A stretch of DNA of 64,000 nucleotides, taken from a virus (taxonomy: Duplodnaviria > Caudoviricetes). The DNA lies in IMG/VR virus record IMGVR_UViG_3300033463_006479, positions 1 through 64,000 of that record; one strand, given 5' to 3'. Made by a program: the position numbers and the translations under genes. Within the stretch, counting starts at the first letter, position 1, and the number at the start of each line of letters is the position of its first letter. The notes under the pieces were generated by a model. It did not search any database and was not told where the DNA came from. It was given only the letters and a program-made list of their open reading frames with translations. This document shows, piece by piece, positions 1 to 9,609 of this stretch.

Positions 1-206
1 CGATTGCATATAAGACAACAGCAACAGCCACAATAAACGGAAAGGACGTTGCTGACATAATCAGAATGGCGGCAGACCTCGCACATTCCGTACTTGAAGA
101 ACTTTCTGTTTACAGACAGCGTAATGACATTGTTGAAGATTTCAAATGCGAGGGCGAAGCCTGCGAGTTCCTTGATATGATTGGCGACTAAATAAATGAA
201 AACAAT

Positions 207-1169
207 ATGATTGATAATTATACAAGATTATTGAAAATTCAAGAATTTTCGGAAGAATTGATTAAACTACAAGAGCGTATCACCGCTATTGATAATGAAA
301 TTTTAATTTCAGAAAAAAATATAGAATTAGAAAAAGAAAAAATAGAACAAGAAAAGGAAAAAATATCAACACTTTTATCAAAAAAGAAAAATAATCTTTT
401 AAAAATCAAACAAATAAACATAAAAGCAAACACAATAAAAAATGAAATAGCCAAATCTAATGATGAAAAATATATTTGCGTTGGATATGTTCGTTTATCT
501 AAAAAAGGAGAACAAAATTTTGAAAGACAGTATCATACTATATATGATTCAAATTTTATTATTGTAAAAACATTTAAGGAAATCACATCAGCGCATAATA
601 CTGAATTATCTAAAAGAATATTAAATGATTGTATAGATTATTGTTTTGATAGTGGTATAAGTCTTATTGTTATATCAGAAGCAACAAGATTGAGTAGAAG
701 TGTACAACTATTTAAAGAAATATGTGCTAAACTTATAGATAAATGTATAAATGTTTATTCTTGTAGTGAACGCATATATCTTTTTGATAATGAGTTCAAC
801 ATAACTGATGATTTTTATAATAAAATAATTTATGCAGAAAAAGAGGCCGAACAGATAAACAATAGATTGATGCAAGGACGTGAATTATATAAAAGCAATG
901 GCGGTATACTTGGGAGAAGAGTCGGTAGTTGTAAAACATTAGAACAATTAGAAGATAAATATACAAATCAAATAAAACTTTTACGTGATGGTGTATCAAT
1001 TAGAAAGGTTGCACACAGAACTGGTGTAAGTGTGTCAACCATCCAAAGATTAAAACGTAAATTTAACATTACAACGCAAAAACAAAATAATAAAAATATA
1101 ATTTCATCTATTGAAAAACCAGAAATAAAAAATACAAAAACAACAATAGATAACAAAACATTATTCTAA
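207..1169 (+). CDS. Serine recombinase (resolvase/invertase type) with N-terminal coiled coil and C-terminal HTH
   Basis: GYVRLS catalytic motif, QNFERQ, SEATRLSR, and C-terminal SIRKVAHRTGVSVSTIQR HTH. Visibly more AT-rich than its neighbours. Confidence 0.85.
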   Translation: MIDNYTRLLKIQEFSEELIKLQERITAIDNEILISEKNIELEKEKIEQEKEKISTLLSKKKNNLLKIKQINIKANTIKNEIAKSNDEKYICVGYVRLSKKGEQNFERQYHTIYDSNFIIVKTFKEITSAHNTELSKRILNDCIDYCFDSGISLIVISEATRLSRSVQLFKEICAKLIDKCINVYSCSERIYLFDNEFNITDDFYNKIIYAEKEAEQINNRLMQGRELYKSNGGILGRRVGSCKTLEQLEDKYTNQIKLLRDGVSIRKVAHRTGVSVSTIQRLKRKFNITTQKQNNKNIISSIEKPEIKNTKTTIDNKTLF

Positions 1170-1179
1170 CATTAGTCAA

Positions 1180-1431
1180 ATGAAATTCATTGAAAAAATA
1201 AAGAAGTTCTTTAAAAAAGAAGATGACTTGCGAACCAAGTGCATTGAAGCATACGGGGAGGAATTTGGAGAAATTTACGACACTCTCGGAACTGGTGGCA
1301 CAGTTGGCGATTTTGTCGTAACATTGGCGTATATCCAAATGATAGAGGATGTCAAAAATGGTAATCCGAAAACGCAGTCAGACGAAAAACCAAGCATTAA
1401 AGTAACTGGAATCTATATACCAAAAGAATAA
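1180..1431 (+). CDS. Hypothetical phage protein
   Basis: ORF in a tightly packed + operon. Confidence 0.6.
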   Translation: MKFIEKIKKFFKKEDDLRTKCIEAYGEEFGEIYDTLGTGGTVGDFVVTLAYIQMIEDVKNGNPKTQSDEKPSIKVTGIYIPKE

Positions 1432-1433
1432 TT

Positions 1434-1706
1434 ATGTGTGATATTTTTAAATTGCGTCCTATGACATTGGAAGAGCGTAACAAATTTGCCGAACAGTCTG
1501 ATATTGCAAAGCCAAAGCCAGATGAAAAACCAGAGCCGTTCTTTTATTGCAATGTCGGCGGTATAGCCCCTATATGTTCTGATTGCAAACGCAACTATCT
1601 GAATACCATATTCAGAACAGAAGATATTGGAAATTGGTATTCACCGTACTACACAAGCAATTTTAAAATATGTGAAGGCTACATCTCAACAAAAAATAAC
1701 TTATGA
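1434..1706 (+). CDS. Hypothetical Cys-containing protein
   Basis: Packed ORF with ATGA overlap to the next gene. Confidence 0.55.
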   Translation: MCDIFKLRPMTLEERNKFAEQSDIAKPKPDEKPEPFFYCNVGGIAPICSDCKRNYLNTIFRTEDIGNWYSPYYTSNFKICEGYISTKNNL

Positions 1707-2107
1707 CAAGAAGCCAAAGAAAGACATTGTTTATTGAACTTTGCGAAAAACTCCCGTACAAAGTAAAAGTTTTTGCCGACAATATGCCATCGGATGAATC
1801 CGTGTGCGAACTTGTCAAAACTGACGGCAAAAACGCAGACTTATTCGTAAACAAGAAAACGTACAATGTTTCACTTGACCATATCAAACCATATTTGCGG
1901 TCTGTTTCAAAAATGACAGAAAAGGAAACAAAGCAATATGGCAAACTCACATATATCATACAAGAGTTTAAGGATTCAAACGAGTATTTCTCTATGCCAG
2001 ACTACACCACACTCGACTGGCTCAACAAACACTTTTTTGATTGTCGTGGTTTGATTGAAAAAGGTCTTGCTTTGGAAGCACCAGACAATATGTATGAAAT
2101 GGAATAG
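1703..2107 (+). CDS. Conserved phage protein, paralog of 2856-3305
   Basis: Shares LC..LPY, KPYLR..SMT and DWLNKH..D.R.LI..GLA motifs with 2856-3305. Confidence 0.7.
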   Translation: MTRSQRKTLFIELCEKLPYKVKVFADNMPSDESVCELVKTDGKNADLFVNKKTYNVSLDHIKPYLRSVSKMTEKETKQYGKLTYIIQEFKDSNEYFSMPDYTTLDWLNKHFFDCRGLIEKGLALEAPDNMYEME

Positions 2108-2116
2108 ATTCCTATT

Positions 2117-2854
2117 ATGACAGACTTCCAATTATATAACGGTGATTGCCTTGGCGTGATGGACAATATACCAGACGGCAGCGTTGATATGGTGCTTTGC
2201 GATTTGCCATACGGAACAACGCAATGCAAGTGGGATGTCATAATTCCGTTTGACTTGCTGTGGAATCAGTACAAACGTGTGTGCAAGAAAAATGCGGCCA
2301 TATTATTGTTTGGAAGCCAGCCGTTCACAACCATTGCGATTTCAAGCAACTTGCAAATGTTCAAGTATGAGATAGTATGGGAAAAGAACAACATAACAAA
2401 CCCGATGTTCTCAAAAAGAGGAATACTGAAAGCACACGAGAATATTATGGTGTTTTACGACAAACAACCCACATACAACCCTCAAATGGAATACGGATAT
2501 AAAAACTACAAGCAATTTTCTGGAGATAAAAATATAGGTGACGCTTATGGGGATTCCCCGAAATCACTGCATCGTGAATGCTCTGACGGAAGTCGTTATC
2601 CAAAATCAGTCCTGCGTTTCCAAAAGGAAACAAAATGCGTTCATCCGACACAAAAACCAGTTGCCCTGCTTGAATATCTTATACGCACATTCACCAACGA
2701 AGGCGACATTGTTCTGGACAACACTATGGGAAGCGGCTCTACTGGAGTCGCTTGTATGAATACAAATCGCAATTTTATAGGCATAGAGAAAGATGAAAAA
2801 TACTTTGCCATTGCCGAAAAAAGAATAAAAGAAGCAAACAACAAACTATTTTGA
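2117..2854 (+). CDS. N6-adenine/N4-cytosine DNA methyltransferase (beta class)
   Basis: DLPYG catalytic motif precedes HPTQKP and the LDNTMGSGSTG SAM-binding motif. Confidence 0.93.
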   Translation: MTDFQLYNGDCLGVMDNIPDGSVDMVLCDLPYGTTQCKWDVIIPFDLLWNQYKRVCKKNAAILLFGSQPFTTIAISSNLQMFKYEIVWEKNNITNPMFSKRGILKAHENIMVFYDKQPTYNPQMEYGYKNYKQFSGDKNIGDAYGDSPKSLHRECSDGSRYPKSVLRFQKETKCVHPTQKPVALLEYLIRTFTNEGDIVLDNTMGSGSTGVACMNTNRNFIGIEKDEKYFAIAEKRIKEANNKLF

Positions 2855-2855
2855 T

Positions 2856-3305
2856 ATGGACAAAAAAGACAAGCAACTGCTTTATGAAGACCTTTGCGCC
2901 AGAATACCTTATGGCGTGATTGCCAATGTAATTTATGAAGATACAGACGATGAACTGCCATTGAGAGTTATCGGTGTGTATGAAGACCTCGTTCAAGTTG
3001 AAACCGATACACACGAAAAATGTGTTCACATTAAAAATGTTAGGCCGTATCTCCGACCATTTGAAAGTATGAAGGACGATGAACGCAGTATGTATAACTT
3101 ATATGTCAGTATGGTGAAAGTGAGAAATGGCGATGCACTTTCACAATCTTCAGTCATATTGAATGACTGGCTGAACAAGCACCACATTGACACAAGAAAC
3201 TTGATTGGCCAAGGTCTCGCATACAAGGCTGACGAATACACCTATGACTTGAACAAAATCATAGCAGACGAAACGAGCAAAGAACCTTTTTTCAAAATAC
3301 AATAA
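2856..3305 (+). CDS. Conserved phage protein, paralog of 1703-2107
   Basis: DLCARIPYG, RPYLRPFESM and DWLNKHHIDTRNLIGQGLA motifs. Confidence 0.7.
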   Translation: MDKKDKQLLYEDLCARIPYGVIANVIYEDTDDELPLRVIGVYEDLVQVETDTHEKCVHIKNVRPYLRPFESMKDDERSMYNLYVSMVKVRNGDALSQSSVILNDWLNKHHIDTRNLIGQGLAYKADEYTYDLNKIIADETSKEPFFKIQ

Positions 3306-3323
3306 CATTATAATGCCATTATT

Positions 3324-3554
3324 ATGAAAAATCTAAAAGTTACATTTGAGTACACAAGTGACGAAAACACGAAGTCACTGAAAACTGATTTTGCCGAGAA
3401 CTACACTTATGAGGAACGTGAGGAACTTCTCACCTATATTATTGACACCATTCTCCCAACATCTATGATGTCAGTTGAGGAAAACAAGCTGTATGACGCT
3501 TGGCTGGATTTCAAATATGCAAGAGAGAACGGACGGCACAAGAACGACAATTAG
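3324..3554 (+). CDS. Hypothetical protein
   Basis: ORF with an AT-rich attATG start context. Confidence 0.55.
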   Translation: MKNLKVTFEYTSDENTKSLKTDFAENYTYEEREELLTYIIDTILPTSMMSVEENKLYDAWLDFKYARENGRHKNDN

Positions 3555-3556
3555 TC

Positions 3557-3624
3557 TGTTGATAACTCTGTTGATAACTTTTTCATAAAAGTTGCCGATG
3601 TTCTAAAAATAAGTTGTATTTTTG
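3557..3624 (+). promoter_or_regulatory. Bacteroidota-type early promoter with tandem TGTTGATAAC boxes
   Basis: TGTTGATAAC at 3557 and 3569, TAnnTTTG (TATTTTTG) at 3617-3624. The same architecture occurs at 49726-49793 on the minus strand. Confidence 0.7.
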
Positions 3625-3631
3625 CGCCGTT

Positions 3632-3817
3632 ATGAGAAAGAAAAGAAAACGTGGCAGAAAGCAGCAGATGATTGACTTGCTGAAAGCGGTTAAGGCCAAA
3701 AACCGTGCGGATGAGATTTCCGAGCACGGCAAGCCAGTCTGCATAGCAAACGTGGTTGAAAGCAAGAAAAGATACAAACGGCACAAAAAACACAGAAAGT
3801 ATGAAACAGAAGACTAA
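3632..3817 (+). CDS. Small basic protein
   Basis: ATG lies 7 nt after the TAnnTTTG element. Lys/Arg-rich. Confidence 0.6.
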   Translation: MRKKRKRGRKQQMIDLLKAVKAKNRADEISEHGKPVCIANVVESKKRYKRHKKHRKYETED

Positions 3818-4223
3818 ACAAACAGCAAGAGTTCCGCTTAAAACGGCATTGCTTCTCAAAAAGTGCAGATATCCAAGAAAGCAATGTGATTCAAGTTATT
3901 TCACTGGCAAGACAAGCAGTCATCTGAAATACGGGGAACTGCTTTCGTTCCCTCCGATAACTGGCAACATATATTCTGTGGCCGCACCGACAATCCACGA
4001 AACTATGGATTGGCTTCGTAACAAAAAAGACTTGTTTGTTGAGGTGAGATTCGTTCTGGATGCACACTTGTCTGACCTGCGGCCTTACAGATGGCGTTTG
4101 GTGAAACTGTCAAAGGCAAACGGAATAATCTGCTCTGAAGTGGGTTTCAACACATACGAGGAATGCTGCATTGACTGCATTGACTTCACACTTGAAATGC
4201 TATCGAAAAAACAAAAATCATAA
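3801..4223 (+). CDS. Hypothetical phage protein
   Basis: Probable start MKQKTKQ. Contains APTIHETMDWLR and FNTYEEC motifs. Confidence 0.55.
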   Translation: MKQKTKQTARVPLKTALLLKKCRYPRKQCDSSYFTGKTSSHLKYGELLSFPPITGNIYSVAAPTIHETMDWLRNKKDLFVEVRFVLDAHLSDLRPYRWRLVKLSKANGIICSEVGFNTYEECCIDCIDFTLEMLSKKQKS

Positions 4224-4226
4224 AAA

Positions 4227-4523
4227 ATGAAAACAGCAGTTAAAACCATATTCTTTGTTGTGCTAATCGGGCTTTTGTCGGTTTTTGGTGTTCTCGCATA
4301 CCAAACGATTTCCACATATTCCAAAGTGAACAAAATTGACAAAGGCACGTTGTTCGTCCGCACAATAAAAGTTGATGACCCGTTCACCGACCCGTTTGTC
4401 ACATACGGCAAAATCATAGCAAAAGACGGCAACTATGTACAATATGTGAACGACAGAGGCGACACAGCATCATTCAACGCATACCTTGCATTCAAATACA
4501 ATGAACTTGAAATTATAAAATGA
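4227..4523 (+). CDS. Membrane-anchored protein
   Basis: N-terminal hydrophobic helix. Confidence 0.6.
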   Translation: MKTAVKTIFFVVLIGLLSVFGVLAYQTISTYSKVNKIDKGTLFVRTIKVDDPFTDPFVTYGKIIAKDGNYVQYVNDRGDTASFNAYLAFKYNELEIIK

Positions 4524-4738
4524 TTATGATTCTCATCAGCATTATTCTGGTAATCGCCATTATCTTTTTTATGTCTGTATTGTGCATTGTTTCTTTTGAA
4601 TATATCACAAGCAAATATAAAAAATGCAAGAATTGCGGCCACCGCACAAACTTTACCCATCGTGATATGGATGGGAAATGGTACAAGTGCCCGAATTGCG
4701 GAAACAAGGATTATTTAATTTGTTATAGAAACTTATAA
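4520..4738 (+). CDS. Membrane-anchored zinc-ribbon protein
   Basis: Transmembrane helix followed by CKNCG...CPNCG. Confidence 0.65.
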   Translation: MIMILISIILVIAIIFFMSVLCIVSFEYITSKYKKCKNCGHRTNFTHRDMDGKWYKCPNCGNKDYLICYRNL

Positions 4739-4749
4739 AAACATATATT

Positions 4750-5778
4750 ATGCTTAAAAACGCAAACCTTATTCTTTACCAATATATCCGTGGAAGCAAG
4801 GCTCACGGAATATCAACGCCCCAGTCCGATACTGATATGGGCGGCGTGTTCGCCTGCTCAAACAACCAGCTTCTCGGCCTCGGCCTGCATTACAGCGATG
4901 AGATTTCCGATGAGAAACACGATGTAGTGAACTGGGAACTCAACAAATTCGGTCGGCTGCTTTCAACTTCAAACCCGACAGTCCTTGAAAGTCTTTTCGT
5001 AGATGATGAATTCATTACGGAAAAGAACAAACTCTTTGAGCCTTTCATTGAGAATAGGGATGCGTTTCTCACAAAGGAATGCTTTATGCCTTTCGGCGGC
5101 TATTCAATCGCACAAATCAAAAAGGCATCTGGTCTTAACAAGATGATTAACCAGCCTATGGTGGAGCGCAAAACACCCATTGACTTCTGCTATATCACTT
5201 ATAAAAACGACACAATGCCCGTTACCGAATGGTTTAATGCTGTCGGTTTCAAAGAAAACGACATCTCACTTGCCAAACTTAACCACGCAAGGGATGCCTA
5301 TGCCGTATTCCTCTGGCCAGGCGGTTTCTGCAAACCCAACGGAAACGATGTCCACGTGAACAACCTGCCAAAAGGTATGGCGACCATAGGAACGCTGTTC
5401 TTCAACAAAGACGCATATTCCAAACATTGCAACGACTATAAGCGATACAAAGAATGGGAAAAGAACAGAAACCCAGTACGCTACCAAGCCAATCTGCACA
5501 AGAACTATGATGCGAAGAATATGAGCGAATGCTTCAGACTTGTGCAGACTTGTATTGAAATTGCAAACGGAGAGCCGTACCACGTGAACAGAAAGGACAT
5601 TGACGGCCAGTTCCTGCTTGACATCAGAGCACACAAGTTCGAGTATGACGAACTTATGGGTATGCTGAAAGGCAAGGTTGCTGAAATGAACGATGCCATT
5701 GAGAAATCCACAATCAGAGAATCCGTTGATAAGGAACTCGTTGATGACATCATTATTGACATAAGAAAAAAACTGTAA
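4750..5778 (+). CDS. Pol-beta superfamily nucleotidyltransferase (RlaP/YcgL/T4 NrdC.11-like)
   Basis: RGSKAHG..TPQSDTD (GS...DxD motif), NPTVLESLF, YDAKNMSECFRL. Confidence 0.85.
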   Translation: MLKNANLILYQYIRGSKAHGISTPQSDTDMGGVFACSNNQLLGLGLHYSDEISDEKHDVVNWELNKFGRLLSTSNPTVLESLFVDDEFITEKNKLFEPFIENRDAFLTKECFMPFGGYSIAQIKKASGLNKMINQPMVERKTPIDFCYITYKNDTMPVTEWFNAVGFKENDISLAKLNHARDAYAVFLWPGGFCKPNGNDVHVNNLPKGMATIGTLFFNKDAYSKHCNDYKRYKEWEKNRNPVRYQANLHKNYDAKNMSECFRLVQTCIEIANGEPYHVNRKDIDGQFLLDIRAHKFEYDELMGMLKGKVAEMNDAIEKSTIRESVDKELVDDIIIDIRKKL

Positions 5779-5783
5779 GAGAT

Positions 5784-6722
5784 ATGAAAAGACTTGTTAT
5801 GATGATTGGCCTGCCAGCAAGCGGCAAGTCCACAATCGCCAGAAAAATTTTTAATGACGCATATATCGTTTCAACCGATGCAATCCGTGGTGAGCTGTTC
5901 GGGGATGAAAGCATACAAGGCGACCCGAACAAGGTGTTTGACATTGCGAAAACCCGTATGGTTGATGCTCTTAATGGTGACTGCGAAACCGTCATTTTTG
6001 ATGCGACCAACCTGCGTAAGAAATACCGCATCCCGCTCATTGCCGAAATCCGTAAGCGTGTGAAAACAGAGTTCACCATTGACGCTTTGTGGATTGCTGT
6101 TCCCTATGAGGAATGCTTGAAGCGTGACAAGGAAAGAGAGAGAAATGTCGGTGAGGATGTCATCAGACGAATGTACTTGAACTTTGAGCCTTGCGGTTAT
6201 GAGGAAGGGTTTGACGATATCATTATCCATTTCAACTGCAACGAGCAGGAGATGGCCGAATACTCGGCTGACCAGTTCATATCAAAGGCGTTGCCGTTTG
6301 ACCAGCACAACAAGCACCATACACTCACCCTCGGCCAGCACTGCATTTCAACAAGGGATTATGTTAGGTCGCACGGCGGCGACAACCTTGTATGCTCGGC
6401 TGCTCTTATTCACGACTGCGGAAAACTATTTACGGCATCTTTCAAAAACCACAAAGGGGAAATCACGGAAGAATGCCACTACTACCAGCACCATTGTGTC
6501 GGGGCATACGACAGCGTGTTCTATACAAGGAACATTTGCGGTCAAGAAAGCGGCGGCTATGAAAGTGCTGCATATATCGCAAACCTCATCTTCTATCATA
6601 TGCATCCGTTGCTCAACTGGAAGAATAATGAGAAGAAAATGAAAAAGGACACGGAGAAGATGAATGCTGGTTTTGTGAAAGACCTTATGCTTCTCCACGA
6701 GGCTGACGTACAAGCGCACTAA
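5784..6722 (+). CDS. Polynucleotide-kinase-like P-loop (AAA_33) fused to an HD phosphohydrolase
   Basis: GLPASGKST, STDAIR, DATNL, then HH...H...IHDCGK and HEAD. Confidence 0.88.
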   Translation: MKRLVMMIGLPASGKSTIARKIFNDAYIVSTDAIRGELFGDESIQGDPNKVFDIAKTRMVDALNGDCETVIFDATNLRKKYRIPLIAEIRKRVKTEFTIDALWIAVPYEECLKRDKERERNVGEDVIRRMYLNFEPCGYEEGFDDIIIHFNCNEQEMAEYSADQFISKALPFDQHNKHHTLTLGQHCISTRDYVRSHGGDNLVCSAALIHDCGKLFTASFKNHKGEITEECHYYQHHCVGAYDSVFYTRNICGQESGGYESAAYIANLIFYHMHPLLNWKNNEKKMKKDTEKMNAGFVKDLMLLHEADVQAH

Positions 6723-7762
6723 TGGAAAAAGAGGACAAAGAAAAACTGGTTGACAAGATTCAAGAAGTCCTTGACGAAACTTTTGACAATTCGGAAAAAC
6801 GGAACATTCTTGAATATGAGGACAGAATAAATTTCGCCTGCCCTTATTGCGGAGACTCCGACAATGTTAGGAAAAAACGGGCGAACATTTATCTGTCCAA
6901 TTTGTCATTCCATTGTTTCAACTGCGACAAGCATACCGATTATATGGGTTTCCTGCACGACTTCGGCGTTAGCGCAGGCAGTACCATAGAATCCGCATAC
7001 AATGTCATAAAGACAAAAAAAGCGGAACGCAAGAACTATGTGTTCGACCTCGGCATATTCAAGAAGATTGACGAGCTTGCTTTCACAAGGTCGCAGATTA
7101 GGTCTATGTTCAGACTTAAAGAAATTACCATCGGCAAAATGTACGACTATCTGAACAACCGCTGTCTTGCCAAACACCTTGACCGCTTTATGTACAACTC
7201 ATTCAGAAACGAATTATATGTTTTGAATCTGACACAGAGCGGAAAGATTTGCGGTTTCCAGATACGCTCGTTTGACCCAGACTTCGTGAAATACCGCACA
7301 TATAACATAGCGAAAATATACAAGAAAAAGGAAATTGAATTTCCGATAACCGATGAGGAAGCGGTGAATGCGCTTAACCAGACGAGTATGACCTATAACA
7401 TAACCAACACCAACCTTATGGGGAAGGTGTATGTGTTTGAGGGCGGCATTGACAGCTTCTTCCTGCCGAACAGCATAGGCATTTGCGGTGTCGGACGTAA
7501 TTTTGAACTTGTTGAATCGTTGCCGAACACAAGGTATTTCTTTGACAACGACAAGGCTGGATTTGAAAGAACCATACAGAAGGCTAAAGACGGGAAATTC
7601 GTGTTCCTATGGAAACGCTTTCTTGAAGATTACGGGTTTAAACAAGACATAAAAGACTTTAACGATTTGGTCGTGTATCTTGTACGGAACAGAATAAAGT
7701 TTGATTTTGCGGATATAGACAACTATTTTTCAAACGACCCGTTTGACTTGGTGTATCTGTAA
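6722..7762 (+). CDS. DNA primase, T4 gp61-like
   Basis: Zn ribbon CPYCGDS...FHCFNC and TOPRIM motifs FEGGIDS, FDND, KDFND. Confidence 0.9.
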   Translation: MEKEDKEKLVDKIQEVLDETFDNSEKRNILEYEDRINFACPYCGDSDNVRKKRANIYLSNLSFHCFNCDKHTDYMGFLHDFGVSAGSTIESAYNVIKTKKAERKNYVFDLGIFKKIDELAFTRSQIRSMFRLKEITIGKMYDYLNNRCLAKHLDRFMYNSFRNELYVLNLTQSGKICGFQIRSFDPDFVKYRTYNIAKIYKKKEIEFPITDEEAVNALNQTSMTYNITNTNLMGKVYVFEGGIDSFFLPNSIGICGVGRNFELVESLPNTRYFFDNDKAGFERTIQKAKDGKFVFLWKRFLEDYGFKQDIKDFNDLVVYLVRNRIKFDFADIDNYFSNDPFDLVYL

Positions 7763-7797
7763 CAAAAAAAGCCACCTAAACGATGGCTTTTTTTGTT
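7761..7797. terminator. Bidirectional intrinsic terminator
   Basis: aacaaaaaaagcca...tggctttttttgtt hairpin between convergent genes. Confidence 0.8.
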
Positions 7798-7812
7798 TAT
7801 AGCAATAAAGTT

Positions 7813-8181
7813 TTACGAACAATACACAATAAGATAATCTGCGATATCGTAACACATTTCATATAATGTATTTGGTGTTTTGCAAAAATCTTTCAATTCA
7901 ATTTGCAAATCATTGCAAACAATATTGGTCAATTCGTTAATATCGTTTACTTGTTCTGCAACTTTTTCATATTCATCTTTCTTTTTTCCCCAAAAATCCA
8001 AAGCTGTATCAACAATAACTTCACACTTTTCTTTTGGCAAACGTGTTATTCTATGAATATTATCAATCAAATTTCTATACTCTTCTGTATCTTCATCAAA
8101 AAAAGTATCGTGTTCATAACGACCTTCCGCTTGTGACCAAAATGTATTGTTGTATTCGTCAATTTTCATTATGCGTGCCAT
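7813..8181 (-). CDS. Acidic protein with MARIxxIDE leader
   Basis: Starts MARIMKIDEY. TATAAATA at 8208-8215 (-). Confidence 0.65.
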   Translation of the reverse strand: MARIMKIDEYNNTFWSQAEGRYEHDTFFDEDTEEYRNLIDNIHRITRLPKEKCEVIVDTALDFWGKKKDEYEKVAEQVNDINELTNIVCNDLQIELKDFCKTPNTLYEMCYDIADYLIVYCS

Positions 8182-8206
8182 ATTTAATCTTTATATTTTT
8201 CTTTTA

Positions 8207-8659
8207 TTATTTATATGCAAACAATATGCCTTCACCTTCAAGGTCAGACAATATATAGTCGGATGTTTCAACGACTTCTATATTATCGGTGTCGCCGTTT
8301 TCACAATACATATCAACAACCGTATCATAGTCGGCCAGCCAGACAACACGCTTGATTCTGATATGCCATATTCTTTCCATTTCTGAAATAAGCAACTTGG
8401 CTATATGTTCGGCCATATCCTCATCCATATCTCCGTCCTCTATCAGCTCTATGGCGTTCTCAATCTCATTGTAAATATTTGGGCGCATTTTGTCGCCATA
8501 GTTTTCCAAGCAATAATCTGGAATGTCAGTGTTGCCGAGTTCCCCCATTTCAAACGCAATCACCTCAACTGGGTCGGTTATGTTGTTTCCAGAGTAGTTG
8601 TATCGGTACATAACATTGTCCGACTTTCCTATTTCGTTTGCCCTCTTTATGTGTGCCAT
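8207..8659 (-). CDS. Acidic protein with MAHIKRANE leader
   Basis: N-terminus resembles those of 7813-8181 and 61175-61606. Confidence 0.65.
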   Translation of the reverse strand: MAHIKRANEIGKSDNVMYRYNYSGNNITDPVEVIAFEMGELGNTDIPDYCLENYGDKMRPNIYNEIENAIELIEDGDMDEDMAEHIAKLLISEMERIWHIRIKRVVWLADYDTVVDMYCENGDTDNIEVVETSDYILSDLEGEGILFAYK

Positions 8660-8660
8660 A

Positions 8661-8864
8661 TTATTCGTTTATTGTAATACCTATTATATTTTTGCCGCTC
8701 TTGTCAAGCATTTCCTCAAACATAGTGTTTGAAACATCAATCATTTCCCTATACGGGTAACTCAAATAGCATCCTCCACCAAGTGTGTTGCGTTTCGGCT
8801 TTTTGCGGTGTATGAACACCCTGCCGTCATTATCCCTTGCAATCCATATCTTGACTGGTTTCAT
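8661..8864 (-). CDS. Small hypothetical protein
   Basis: WIARDNDG.VF...KP motif in a packed ORF. Confidence 0.6.
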   Translation of the reverse strand: MKPVKIWIARDNDGRVFIHRKKPKRNTLGGGCYLSYPYREMIDVSNTMFEEMLDKSGKNIIGITINE

Positions 8865-8870
8865 AATAAG

Positions 8871-9590
8871 TTAACTGTTGAATATCGGTTGTTTTTTCGG
8901 ACACTTTTCCATTGGCGATTTCTTGAATGTTTCTGCGCAGTACGCCACTTTCCTCACATCCCATTTTGACAAGTCCTGCTTAAATTTCCTTGCCCCGTAG
9001 AACATACCCTCCATATTTATCACATTGCCTACATTCCAACCAGATAAATCTTGATTGAATTTCGCAGAATAACCGAACATATAATGTGTGTCGGTAACAT
9101 TATGCACATCCCACCCAGATATGTTTCGGTTGAACTCTTTTGTGTATTTGAACATACCACGCATAATCTGCACACTACCGACATCCCATTTTGATATGTT
9201 GCAGTTGAAGTCATCCGCACTATTAAACATATCACTCATATCAATAACATTGCTGACATCCCATCTTGATATGTCGCCGTTGAATCTGTGTGCACAGAAA
9301 AACATATAGGACATATTTTTTACATTCCTCACATTCCATCTGGATATGTTACCATTAAAACTGCATTTTGAAGAAAACAGACTGCTCATATCTGTTATGG
9401 CAGAAGTGTCTATGTCGTTGAGGTCGCACTCGTCTCCAAACATATCAATATGCACATCAACCAATTCAATCAGCTCATCCTTCGTTTTCGGATGGTATTT
9501 GTAAGGGGACAATTCGGACAACCGTGTTTTTGTAATCGGTTTTATGTCAAGTTTCTCGTTTATGTATGCCGCCGAATTGAGTATTCTCAT
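8871..9590 (-). CDS. Tagged DUF285/PARCEL (BspA-like) repeat protein
   Basis: Tag MRILNSAAYINEKLDIKPITKTRL (start moved to 9590), followed by FNGDISRWDVSNVxxMxxMF repeats. Confidence 0.85.
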   Translation of the reverse strand: MRILNSAAYINEKLDIKPITKTRLSELSPYKYHPKTKDELIELVDVHIDMFGDECDLNDIDTSAITDMSSLFSSKCSFNGNISRWNVRNVKNMSYMFFCAHRFNGDISRWDVSNVIDMSDMFNSADDFNCNISKWDVGSVQIMRGMFKYTKEFNRNISGWDVHNVTDTHYMFGYSAKFNQDLSGWNVGNVINMEGMFYGARKFKQDLSKWDVRKVAYCAETFKKSPMEKCPKKQPIFNS

Positions 9591-9609
9591 TATAATGCCG
9601 TTATATGTT

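Noticed and set aside
1703-2854. TAG-to-Gln recoding (Lak-phage-like code 15), prompted by in-frame TAG junctions at 2107 and 12312
   Set aside because: Long genes (capsid, primase, TnpB) are intact in code 11 and coding density is already high, so there is no sign of TAG-fragmented genes.
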